A stretch of 43,859 nt of DNA from a virus. Its lineage: Duplodnaviria > Heunggongvirae > Uroviricota > Caudoviricetes. The notes below the pieces were generated by a model, which was given only the letters and a program-made list of their open reading frames with translations, made no database searches and was not told the DNA's origin. Position 1 is the first letter of the stretch. Each line of letters opens with the position of its first letter. Shown here piece by piece: positions 15,653 to 24,648 of this stretch. The position numbers and the translations under genes were made by a program. Location: positions 1-43,859 of IMG/VR virus record IMGVR_UViG_2908567220_000006, one strand, 5' to 3'.

Positions 15653-17332
15653 ATGGCGGAAACAACTAAAGAGCGATTGAACAAACAGTTCGCACAACTT
15701 GAAAGCGAGCGTCAGTCGTTCGAGCCGCACTGGCGCGAGTTGAGTGATTACATCAACCCGCGTGGTTCCCGCTTTCTGACTTCTGAGGTCAACCGTAACG
15801 ATCGACGCAATACACGCATTATTGATTCGACCGGGACTATGGCGGCGCGCACTCTCGCCAGCGGCATGATGTCAGGCATCACAAGCCCCGCGCGTCCGTG
15901 GTTTCGCCTGGCTACGCCAGATCCTGAAATGATGGATTATGGCCCTGTTAAGTTGTGGCTTGAGGCGGTGCAGAACCGTATGAACGATATGTTCAATAAG
16001 TCGAATCTCTATCAGTCGCTGCCGCAGTTATACGGAAGCCTCGGCACATACAGCACTGGTGCAATGGCGGTGCTGGAGGATGACGAGGACATCATTCGCA
16101 CAATGCCATTCCCGATAGGCAGTTACTACCTGGCTAACTCACCTCGTGGCAGTGTGGACACCTGTTTTCGCAAGTTCTCTATGACTGTTCGTCAGCTTGT
16201 TCAGGAATTCGGACTAAATAACGTCAGCGAATCCGTAAAAAGCATGTGGGAAAGCGGCACCTACGAGAAGTGGATTGAAGTGATGCATTCGGTTTACCCG
16301 AACATTGACCGCGATACATCGAAGCTGGATAGCAAGAACAAGCCATTCAAATCGGTTTATTACGAGGTTGGTGGCGACAACGACAAGTTGTTACGTGAAT
16401 CCGGATTCGATGAGTTTCCAATTATGGCTCCGCGCTGGGAAGTTAACGGCGAAGATGTTTATGGATCATCATGCCCGGGTATGCTGGCGCTTGGACCTGT
16501 TAAGGCATTGCAGCTTCTTCAGAAGCGCAAGTCGCAGTTGATTGATAAAGCCACCAATCCGCCGATGGTTGCTCCGACTTCCCTCAAGAATCAGCGCGCC
16601 TCCCTTCTTCCTGGCGACATCACGTATATCGATCAGATTACTGGTCAGGATGGTTTCAGGCCTGCTTATCTGGTTAACCCCAGTACAGCAGATCTGGTGG
16701 CAGACATTCAGGACACTCGTCAAATCATTAACAGCGCCTACTTTGTCGATCTGTTCATGATGTTGCAGAACATCAATACCCGCTCGATGCCTGTGGAAGC
16801 GGTGATCGAAATGAAAGAAGAAAAACTTCTGATGTTGGGGCCGGTTCTGGAGCGTCTGAACGACGAATGTCTTAATCCTCTCATTGACCGCGCTTTCTCG
16901 ATGATGGTGCGTAAAAACATGCTGCCGCCACCGCCTGACGCGATGGAAGGCATGCCCCTGAAGGTCGAATACATTTCCGTCATGGCTCAGGCGCAGAAGT
17001 CTATCGGCCTGTCCAGTCTGGCGTCCACGGTTAACTTCATTGGTCAACTTGCGCAAGCGAAACCAGAAGCTCTCGACAAACTCAACGTTGATCAGGCGAT
17101 CGATGCATTCGCTGATATGTCCGGAGTGTCTCCAACCGTCATTGTTCCGCAGGAACAGGTTGAGCAGGCTCGCCAGCAACGGGCACAGCAGCAACAGCAG
17201 CAACAAATGATGGCGATGGGGATGGCGGCGGCACAGGGTGCCAAGACGCTAAGCGAAGCTAAAACTTCGGATCCGAGTGTTTTGTCAGCTATGGCGAATG
17301 CAGTTAGTGGTCAGGGTGGGCAATCACAATGA
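15653..17332 (+). CDS. portal (head-to-tail connector) protein
   Basis: 559 aa; position after the terminase region; Gln-rich C-terminus QQRAQQQQQQQMMAMGMAAAQ reminiscent of T7-type connectors. Confidence 0.7.
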   Translation: MAETTKERLNKQFAQLESERQSFEPHWRELSDYINPRGSRFLTSEVNRNDRRNTRIIDSTGTMAARTLASGMMSGITSPARPWFRLATPDPEMMDYGPVKLWLEAVQNRMNDMFNKSNLYQSLPQLYGSLGTYSTGAMAVLEDDEDIIRTMPFPIGSYYLANSPRGSVDTCFRKFSMTVRQLVQEFGLNNVSESVKSMWESGTYEKWIEVMHSVYPNIDRDTSKLDSKNKPFKSVYYEVGGDNDKLLRESGFDEFPIMAPRWEVNGEDVYGSSCPGMLALGPVKALQLLQKRKSQLIDKATNPPMVAPTSLKNQRASLLPGDITYIDQITGQDGFRPAYLVNPSTADLVADIQDTRQIINSAYFVDLFMMLQNINTRSMPVEAVIEMKEEKLLMLGPVLERLNDECLNPLIDRAFSMMVRKNMLPPPPDAMEGMPLKVEYISVMAQAQKSIGLSSLASTVNFIGQLAQAKPEALDKLNVDQAIDAFADMSGVSPTVIVPQEQVEQARQQRAQQQQQQQMMAMGMAAAQGAKTLSEAKTSDPSVLSAMANAVSGQGGQSQ

Positions 17333-17625
17333 CAGATTACGAAGACGATCAACTGAAAGAAGAAAACGCCCGTAAGCAACGTGACATGGCACAGCGTGAA
17401 ATTGATGACATTCGCTTTGTCATGAGCAGTAAACAGGGGCGTCGCGTTGTCTGGTCGGTGCTGGAGAAAGGCCGTGTGTTTTCCGCTATCTCACCGATGG
17501 ACGCTATGGCAATGGCATTTAATGAGGGGCAACGCAATCTGGCGCTGGAACTGTTTCAGCGCGTTATGGCGCATTGCCCTGAACAGTATTTGAAGATGGC
17601 CAAAGAGGCCAGTGAACAGGAGTGA
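17329..17625 (+). CDS. hypothetical head-assembly protein
   Basis: 98 aa, translationally coupled between portal and scaffold genes. Confidence 0.45.
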   Translation: MTDYEDDQLKEENARKQRDMAQREIDDIRFVMSSKQGRRVVWSVLEKGRVFSAISPMDAMAMAFNEGQRNLALELFQRVMAHCPEQYLKMAKEASEQE

Positions 17626-17627
17626 TC

Positions 17628-18323
17628 ATGAATTTATTTGAGCGTTTGCTGTATCGCCGTCTTTGCAATGAGCAACCAGTCGATGGTGGAGCAGCTCCGG
17701 CTGCGTCAGAACCGTCAGCGCCTGCAGGTGATAACCCTGCTCCAGTTGGTGATCCATCACAACAAGAAGGTGATAAGCCGCAACCTGTTGCTGATGGCGA
17801 TAAACCTGCTGATGACAAAAAGCCTGAAAGCGATAAGCAGGGTGAAAAAAAGGACGGCGATAAACCGGATGGTGCGCCGGAGAAGTACGAGTTTCAGGCT
17901 GCCGAAGGCGTAGAGCTGGATACAGAAGCGTTGAAGGAATTCGAGCCAGTGGCGCGAGAACTTAACCTGACCAACGAGCAAGCGCAAAAGCTGGTTGATG
18001 CTTATCCGAAGATTCTGGCAGGTGTTCAGCAGCGCCAGGCAGAAGCCTGGCAGAAAACAACCGAGCAGTGGGCTGCGGATGTAAAAGCTGACAAAGAAAT
18101 CGGTGGCGACAAGTTGATTTCTAACCTTAGCGCCGCACAGCGTGCGCTTGACCAGTTCGGGACACCTGAACTCAAAGAATATCTGAACACCACCGGGCTG
18201 GGTAATCACCCTGATCTGGTCAAAACGTTCGTGAAAATCGGAAAGGCGATGTCTGAAGATGGCATGGTCACCGGTGGTAATGAAGGCCAGCGTAGTGCGG
18301 CCGAAGTGCTCTATGGCAAATAA
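17628..18323 (+). CDS. scaffolding protein (putative)
   Basis: Acidic, Ala/Pro/Asp-rich, low-complexity N-terminus and helical C-terminus; located between portal and capsid genes. ATG 17628 has a CAGGAG SD. Confidence 0.55.
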   Translation: MNLFERLLYRRLCNEQPVDGGAAPAASEPSAPAGDNPAPVGDPSQQEGDKPQPVADGDKPADDKKPESDKQGEKKDGDKPDGAPEKYEFQAAEGVELDTEALKEFEPVARELNLTNEQAQKLVDAYPKILAGVQQRQAEAWQKTTEQWAADVKADKEIGGDKLISNLSAAQRALDQFGTPELKEYLNTTGLGNHPDLVKTFVKIGKAMSEDGMVTGGNEGQRSAAEVLYGK

Positions 18324-18331
18324 GAGAGGAA

Positions 18332-19324
18332 ATGACAATGGCTGTTAAAGGCTTAACTGCGCTAACGCTGGCTGACTGGGGTAAGCGCGTCGATCCAAAC
18401 GGGAAAGTCGATAAGATTATCGAGCTTCTCAGTCAAACCAACCCAATCCTTCAGGATATGCCTTTTGTTGAAGGAAACCTTCCTACCGGACACCGAACCA
18501 CCATTCGTTCTGGTTTGCCTTCCGCTACCTGGCGTTTGCTGAACTATGGCGTACAACCGAGCAAATCAACAACGGTGCAGGTCACTGATTCCATTGGCAT
18601 GCTGGAAACCTATGCTGAAGTCGATAAGTCTCTGGCTGATCTGAACGGTAATACTGCCGAATTCCGCCTGTCTGAAGACCGAGCATTTATTGAAGCGATG
18701 AATCAGGCGATGGCGCAGACGCTGTTTTACGGTGATTCCAGCGTTAACCCTCAGCAGTTTATGGGACTGTCCTCCCGCTATTCCAGCCTGTCTGCGGGTA
18801 ATGCTCAGAACATCATTGATGCTGGTGGCACGGGTACAGATAACACTTCAATCTGGTTAGTGGTGTGGGGCGAAAACACCGTGCATGGCATCTTCCCGAA
18901 AGGGCAGAAGGCTGGCATCCAGATGGAAGATAAAGGCCAGGTGACACTGGAAGATGCTAATGGCGGCAAGTACGAAGGTTATCGTACCCATTATAAGTGG
19001 GACAACGGGCTGACATTGCGTGACTGGCGCTATGTTGTTCGCATTGCAAACATCGATGTCAGCAATCTTGACGCTCCTTCTACTGCTGCGAATATCGCAA
19101 AACTGATGATTCGTGCCCTTCATCGAATCCCAAATCGTGGGATGGGACGTCCTATTTTCTACATGAACAGAACCATTAACGAAGTGCTTGACCTGCAATC
19201 TCTGGAGAAGAGTTCTCTGGCGATCAGCGTGAAAGAGACAGAAGGCGAATGGTGGACAGAACTTCGTGGTGTGCCGATTCGCGAAACTGACGCACTTCTG
19301 GAAACAGAAGCCCGCGTGGTGTAA
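18332..19324 (+). CDS. major capsid protein (putative)
   Basis: 330 aa, immediately after the scaffold gene and followed by a strong stem-loop, as for T7 gene 10. Confidence 0.6.
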   Translation: MTMAVKGLTALTLADWGKRVDPNGKVDKIIELLSQTNPILQDMPFVEGNLPTGHRTTIRSGLPSATWRLLNYGVQPSKSTTVQVTDSIGMLETYAEVDKSLADLNGNTAEFRLSEDRAFIEAMNQAMAQTLFYGDSSVNPQQFMGLSSRYSSLSAGNAQNIIDAGGTGTDNTSIWLVVWGENTVHGIFPKGQKAGIQMEDKGQVTLEDANGGKYEGYRTHYKWDNGLTLRDWRYVVRIANIDVSNLDAPSTAANIAKLMIRALHRIPNRGMGRPIFYMNRTINEVLDLQSLEKSSLAISVKETEGEWWTELRGVPIRETDALLETEARVV

Positions 19325-19350
19325 CGCCTGTTATTAACCTGTGGGTCGTA

Positions 19351-19369
19351 ACAGACCCACTAATGGAGA
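19351..19369 (+). terminator. stem-loop after capsid gene
   Basis: GTGGGTC-GTAACA-GACCCAC perfect 7-bp stem; no T-run, so possibly a processing or attenuating structure. Confidence 0.4.
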
Positions 19370-19375
19370 AAGAAG

Positions 19376-19813
19376 ATGATCACCGACAAACTGTTGATGT
19401 TCTCCGAAGCTCAGGCGGTTACGAATACCGCGGCTTCTACTGACGTAATCGATCTCGGTCCAATTGACGGAAACCGTCGCGATATCGGTGTGGGTTACCC
19501 GCTTGAGTTTTGGGCGCTGGTTAACGAAGCCGCCACGGCAAGTGGTGAGGCAACTGTAAACATCCAGTTGCAGACGAGTGAGAATAACAGCTCATGGTCC
19601 ACTATTTATGATAGTGGCGCACTGGCAAAGGCCACCCTGACAGCAGGTAAGCGAGTTGTTTCTGCAAAGGTGCCAGCCGGTGTTCAGCGATATCTGCGTG
19701 TTAACTACTCCGTCGCAACTGGCCCACTAACGGCTGGCAAATTCACTGCGGGTATCAATCTTGATGTTGATGCCAATACGCCGTATCCGATCCGCTCAAA
19801 AGTAACTGGTTAA
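19376..19813 (+). CDS. hypothetical virion protein (possible capsid decoration)
   Basis: 145 aa, strong SD, beta-rich composition. Confidence 0.45.
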   Translation: MITDKLLMFSEAQAVTNTAASTDVIDLGPIDGNRRDIGVGYPLEFWALVNEAATASGEATVNIQLQTSENNSSWSTIYDSGALAKATLTAGKRVVSAKVPAGVQRYLRVNYSVATGPLTAGKFTAGINLDVDANTPYPIRSKVTG

Positions 19814-19814
19814 G

Positions 19815-20159
19815 GTGATATTGATGTCAGGTGAGAAACCAAGATACCGCGTTCTGCGCCTCTCTCATATCCATAACACTCTGTGGCCGGAGGGGGCAGA
19901 AATCGAATACGAAGGTGAGCCTGGTAGCGCACTGGAACCTGTTAACGATGCAGCCAGACAGGCAAAAGCAAAGGTAGCAGGAAAGGTGTCTATGGCAGCA
20001 ACCAGCACCAAAATCATCAACGATGTGTCAGATGATGGTGAACTGGATAAGCTCCGTGAAGAGTACGAATTGCTCTTTAACGAGAAGCCACACCATAACG
20101 CCAAAGCAGAAACGCTCCGCGAGAAGATCGCAGATAAGCGTAAAGAACTGGGCGTGTAA
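19815..20159 (+). CDS. hypothetical virion protein
   Basis: 114 aa; followed by an intrinsic terminator. Confidence 0.45.
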   Translation: MILMSGEKPRYRVLRLSHIHNTLWPEGAEIEYEGEPGSALEPVNDAARQAKAKVAGKVSMAATSTKIINDVSDDGELDKLREEYELLFNEKPHHNAKAETLREKIADKRKELGV

Positions 20160-20175
20160 GCCTCGCGGATGAGAC

Positions 20176-20197
20176 AAGGGGCTTCGGCCCCTTTATT
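20176..20197 (+). terminator. intrinsic terminator
   Basis: AAGGGGC-TTCG-GCCCCTT hairpin followed by TATTG. Confidence 0.55.
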
Positions 20198-20203
20198 GCA
20201 GGA

Positions 20204-20533
20204 GTGTATATGGAACTCGTAAACCTCAAAACCGGCACTGACAGCTACCAGGATGAGAGCGGAGAAACCAGAACTCGCGATGAATACCCGTGGGGGCTGT
20301 GCATCACGCTGAATAACGACACATTGAATAAGCTGAAGGCGCAACCTCAGGGCGTCGGAACAGAAGTGATGATAACTGCAAAGGCTGTTATTCGAGGCCT
20401 GTCTGCCAGAGAAACTGACGATGGCGTTAATCGCAGCGCCGATCTGCAGATCACTGATATGGCGATCGCTCCTGTTTCCGGGGATGTAGAAAAATCAGCG
20501 GCTGAAACTCTGTACGGTAACGGAGGTGAGTGA
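20204..20533 (+). CDS. hypothetical virion protein
   Basis: 109 aa. Confidence 0.45.
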   Translation: MYMELVNLKTGTDSYQDESGETRTRDEYPWGLCITLNNDTLNKLKAQPQGVGTEVMITAKAVIRGLSARETDDGVNRSADLQITDMAIAPVSGDVEKSAAETLYGNGGE

Positions 20534-21138
20534 TGGCCTCTGTAGTAGAGATCTGCAATCGTGCGCTGTCCAATATTGGCAACAGCCGCAGCATTAACAG
20601 CCTGACGGAAGCCAGCAAGGAAGCGGGGGAATGTTCGCTGCACTTTGAGGCCTGCCGTGATGCTGTGCTTTCTGATTTTGACTGGAACTTTGCTACCAAA
20701 CGCGTGGCGCTTGCAGATACGAGCAATCCACCGCCTGACTGGGAATATGCGTACCAGTACCCGTCAGATTGTCTGCGCATTACTGAAATTATGCTTCCTG
20801 GTGTACGCAATCCAACAGCATCAATGCGCGTTCAGTACGAAGTTGGTGCAGACACCAACGGAACAGGAAAGTTGATCTACACAGACCAGCCTCAGGCATG
20901 GCTCAAGTATGTATCTCGCGTTTCAGATGTGAACATGTTTGATGCCATTTTTATGGAGGCGTTGGCCTGGCGTCTTGCGGCAGCTATTAACATGGCGCTG
21001 ACTGGGAATGCAGACCTCGGTACGTTTGCCCTCAATATGTACAATCGCGTGATTCTTAGTGCTGGCTCGCATAGCCAGAATGAATCACAGGAACCACAGC
21101 CACCGGTTGATGAGTTTACCATTGCGAGGTTGTCCTGA
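20530..21138 (+). CDS. tail tubular protein A-like (T7 gp11 position)
   Basis: 202 aa; assignment by size and gene order, not by alignment. Confidence 0.45.
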   Translation: MMASVVEICNRALSNIGNSRSINSLTEASKEAGECSLHFEACRDAVLSDFDWNFATKRVALADTSNPPPDWEYAYQYPSDCLRITEIMLPGVRNPTASMRVQYEVGADTNGTGKLIYTDQPQAWLKYVSRVSDVNMFDAIFMEALAWRLAAAINMALTGNADLGTFALNMYNRVILSAGSHSQNESQEPQPPVDEFTIARLS

Positions 21139-23609
21139 TGGCTATCAGTTGGATCCAGCCCAGCTTTGCCGGTGGTGAGATTGGACCGTCGTTGTACGGG
21201 CGTATTGACATGGCGAAGTACCAGGTGGCATTGCGCAAGTGCGATAACTTTATCGTGCGGCAGTATGGCGGCGTTGAGAATCGACCTGGTACGCGTTTTG
21301 TCGGTGCCGCCAAATACCCAAATCGGAAATGCCGCCTGATACCGTTCCAGTTCTCGACGGTTCAGACTTATGCTCTGGAGTTCGGACACCAGTACATGCG
21401 CGTTATCAAAGATGGTGCGTTGGTGCTGAACAGCAGCAATGTTATTTATGAAATTGCCACGCCATATACTGAAGCCGATCTGTTCCGAATTAAATTCACG
21501 CAAAGCGCAGACGTGCTTACGCTTGTTCATCCGGCATACCCGCCGAAAGAGTTGCGTCGCTATGCGCATGACAACTGGCAACTGGTTGATGTGGTAACGA
21601 AGAACGGGCCATTTGAAGATATCAATATTGACGAGTCAGTGACGGTTTATGCCAGCGCCAGCACCGGGACAATTACGTTAACGGCAAGCGCCTCTATTTT
21701 TGGCGCGGAGCAGGTAGGCAAATTGTTCTATCTGGAACAGCCTGCAGTGGATTCAGTGCCGGTATGGGAAACCAGTAAGAGTACGTCGATTGGCGATATT
21801 CGCCGTGCAGACAGTAACTACTATCGCGCCGTTACAGCAGGCAAAACAGGCACTTTGCGCCCTTCGCATACAGAAGGCACATCATGGGATGGCTGGGGCG
21901 GATCCGGTGATGATGATACTGGCATTGAGTGGGAATATCTGCACAGTGGTTTTGGCATTGCCCGTATCACTGCTGCAAATGGAACTACTGCAACTGCTGA
22001 GGTGATTTCCTATATCCCTTCGCAGGTCGTTGGCGAGGATAATGCCAGCTATAAATGGGCTAAATATGCCTGGAACAGTGTTAACGGTTATCCTGGCACG
22101 GTTGTTTATTATCAACAACGTCTTTACTTCGCCGCATCGACAGCGTTCCCTCAGACTATCTGGGCCAGCCGTACTGGGGATTATAAGGATTTTGGCAAAA
22201 GCAATCCTACGCAGGATGACGACAGAATTATCTACACCTATGCCGGGCGTCAGGTTAATGAGATCCGCCACCTGATTGATGTCGGTTCGCTGGTGGCACT
22301 GACTTCCGGAGGTGAGTACGTCATCACCGGCGACCAGAATAAAGTGTTAACCCCATCATCATTTGCATTCAGCTCTCAGGGATCAAATGGCTCAAGCAAC
22401 GTCCCACCAATTGCCGTGGCGAATATTGCTCTGTTCGTCCAGGAGAAAGGCAGTGTTGTCCGTGATCTGGCCTACTCATTCGATGTTGACGGCTATCAGG
22501 GGAACGACCTGACCATCCTTGCCAATCATCTTTTTCAGAAGCACAGCATTGTTGACTGGTGCTTCTCTATTGTCCCTTACTCCAGCGCCTTCTGCATTCG
22601 TGATGACGGTAAATTACTGGTGATGACCTATTTGCGTGATCAGCAGGTTTTTGCATGGGCACCACAGTCCAGTACCGGAAAATATGAAAGCACATGCAGT
22701 ATCAGCGAAGGAAATGAAGATGCGGTGTATTTCGTCGTTAACCGAACCGTTAACGGGCAAACAGTGAGATACATCGAGCGACTGTCCAGCCGTTTATTTA
22801 CCAGCGATGAAGATGCTTTCTTTGTTGATTCTGGCCTTAGCTATGATGGAAGAAACACGTCTGACAGAACGATGACCATCACTGGTGGTTCTGGCGAATG
22901 GGATTACCGCGCGGAATATACAATCAGTGTTTCTGGTGGTGCGTACTTCACCAGTAGTGATGTTGGTGCGCAACTACAGTTCCCTTATACCGGAGCTGAT
23001 CCTAATACTGGCTATGAAGTGTCAAAAGAATTACGTTGCGACATTATTTCTGTAACCAGCAATACCGCAGTAGTGGTTCGTGCTAACAGGAACGTCCCGC
23101 CATCCCTCAGGAATGTGGCCACCACGAACTGGCAGATGGCGCGCCGGACATTTGGCGGCTTGTCTCATCTTGAAGGCCAGACCGTAAACATCCTCTCTGA
23201 TGCGAACGTGGAACCACAAAAAGTGGTTTCCGGAGGTGCCGTCACGCTGGAATCACCGGGGGCTGTTGTGCACATCGGCCTGCCAATAACTGCTGAATTC
23301 GAAACACTGGATATCAACATTAACGGACAGGAAACGCTGCTGGACAAAAAACAGGTGATCCCGTCCGTTACTCTGGTTGTGAATGCCAGTCGCGGCATCT
23401 GGGCGACTACGCCCGGCGGTAAATGGTACGAATATCCACAGCGTGAATTCGAGTTCTACGATGATCCTGTTGATGATGCTACCGGAAAAGTAGAAGTGAA
23501 ACTGGACAGTAACTGGGGCAAAAACGGGCGTGTAAAAATCCGTCAGCTTGACCCGTTGCCGCTGTCTGTTCTTGCCGTTATTCCTCGCCTTACTGTTGGG
23601 GGATTCTGA
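21138..23609 (+). CDS. tail tubular protein B-like (T7 gp12 position)
   Basis: 823 aa; assignment by size and gene order. Confidence 0.5.
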   Translation: MAISWIQPSFAGGEIGPSLYGRIDMAKYQVALRKCDNFIVRQYGGVENRPGTRFVGAAKYPNRKCRLIPFQFSTVQTYALEFGHQYMRVIKDGALVLNSSNVIYEIATPYTEADLFRIKFTQSADVLTLVHPAYPPKELRRYAHDNWQLVDVVTKNGPFEDINIDESVTVYASASTGTITLTASASIFGAEQVGKLFYLEQPAVDSVPVWETSKSTSIGDIRRADSNYYRAVTAGKTGTLRPSHTEGTSWDGWGGSGDDDTGIEWEYLHSGFGIARITAANGTTATAEVISYIPSQVVGEDNASYKWAKYAWNSVNGYPGTVVYYQQRLYFAASTAFPQTIWASRTGDYKDFGKSNPTQDDDRIIYTYAGRQVNEIRHLIDVGSLVALTSGGEYVITGDQNKVLTPSSFAFSSQGSNGSSNVPPIAVANIALFVQEKGSVVRDLAYSFDVDGYQGNDLTILANHLFQKHSIVDWCFSIVPYSSAFCIRDDGKLLVMTYLRDQQVFAWAPQSSTGKYESTCSISEGNEDAVYFVVNRTVNGQTVRYIERLSSRLFTSDEDAFFVDSGLSYDGRNTSDRTMTITGGSGEWDYRAEYTISVSGGAYFTSSDVGAQLQFPYTGADPNTGYEVSKELRCDIISVTSNTAVVVRANRNVPPSLRNVATTNWQMARRTFGGLSHLEGQTVNILSDANVEPQKVVSGGAVTLESPGAVVHIGLPITAEFETLDININGQETLLDKKQVIPSVTLVVNASRGIWATTPGGKWYEYPQREFEFYDDPVDDATGKVEVKLDSNWGKNGRVKIRQLDPLPLSVLAVIPRLTVGGF

Positions 23610-24073
23610 TGATCGATGTTCAAATTATTCCCGCTACCGAAGAGCATCTTCAGATGATTTTGCCGGATGTTCGTCAGGCTGATATTGACGAACTGTATGC
23701 GGTATCGCTGATGACTACCGAAGATGCGCTGCGCGTTGGTCTTCGCACTGCGACTATGGCCTGGTCAGGGTTCGCGAACGGAGAACTGGTAACCATGTTT
23801 GGTGTATCTCCGGCGTCAATGATCGGTGGCAATGGTACGCCCTGGCTGGTAGGAACCAGCCGTATTGAAAAATATCAGAAGACATTTCTGCGCCACTGCC
23901 GCCCTGTATTGCAGCAGATGCTGGCAGTTTATCCGCGCCTGGAAAACTACGTCGACGAGCGAAACCATGTTGCCAAAGCATGGCTGCACTGGCTTGGATT
24001 CAGGCTTGAAGAAGCCGCGCCTTATGGTGCTCTTGGTCTTAATTTCCACAGATTTCACATGGAGAGAAAATAA
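23609..24073 (+). CDS. internal virion protein (gp13-like position)
   Basis: 154 aa, coupled to neighbours. Confidence 0.4.
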   Translation: MIDVQIIPATEEHLQMILPDVRQADIDELYAVSLMTTEDALRVGLRTATMAWSGFANGELVTMFGVSPASMIGGNGTPWLVGTSRIEKYQKTFLRHCRPVLQQMLAVYPRLENYVDERNHVAKAWLHWLGFRLEEAAPYGALGLNFHRFHMERK

Positions 24074-24648
24074 TGTGCGATCCGGTTATTGCTGGTGGCG
24101 CAATGCTCGCCATGAGTGGCATTCAGGCATACACCCAGTACCAACAGGGAAAGTATGCCTCGAAGGTTGCAGAAGCGAACGCAGATATAGCCACAGCTCA
24201 GGCAAATGATGCAATAAACAGAGGTAACGCTGAAGCTGAGCAACGACGCAGAGAGACCCGACAGCGGCTTGGTACACAGGCGGCGACAATGGGGGCTACC
24301 GGCGCTGATTTATCTACAGGTAACGCGCTGGATATATTTGGCGACACTGCCCAGTTTGGCGCTCTTGATTCTCTGACGACGGTGAATAACGCGCAACGCG
24401 AGGCTTACGGTTATCAGGTTCAGGCTGCCAACTATAAAGCAGAAGCCAGTTCAGCCCGTAAACAGGGGAATGTGGGAGCAGCAACAACATTGCTCACTGC
24501 GCCTCTGAAGGCATACGGTGCGTACCAGATGTTTGGTGGGACGTGGAGTCCGTTCTCTAAAGGAAGTACATCTAGTGGTGGGACGCCAATGTTATCTAAC
24601 TCAGGTTTTATGAATTCTGACTCCCGATTCAAAATAGGAGGTTACTGA
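24073..24648 (+). CDS. internal virion protein (gp14-like position)
   Basis: 191 aa; Ala/Gln-rich N-terminus, Gly/Ser-rich C-terminus. Confidence 0.4.
   Translation: MCDPVIAGGAMLAMSGIQAYTQYQQGKYASKVAEANADIATAQANDAINRGNAEAEQRRRETRQRLGTQAATMGATGADLSTGNALDIFGDTAQFGALDSLTTVNNAQREAYGYQVQAANYKAEASSARKQGNVGAATTLLTAPLKAYGAYQMFGGTWSPFSKGSTSSGGTPMLSNSGFMNSDSRFKIGGY

Noticed and set aside
13040-21581. Multiple antisense ORFs inside structural genes (for example 13040-13546, 16469-17206, 17757-18338, 19865-20344, 20892-21581, all minus strand)
   Set aside because: Each is fully embedded opposite a long plus-strand gene with a clear functional signature and shows composition typical of antisense frames of high-GC coding DNA.
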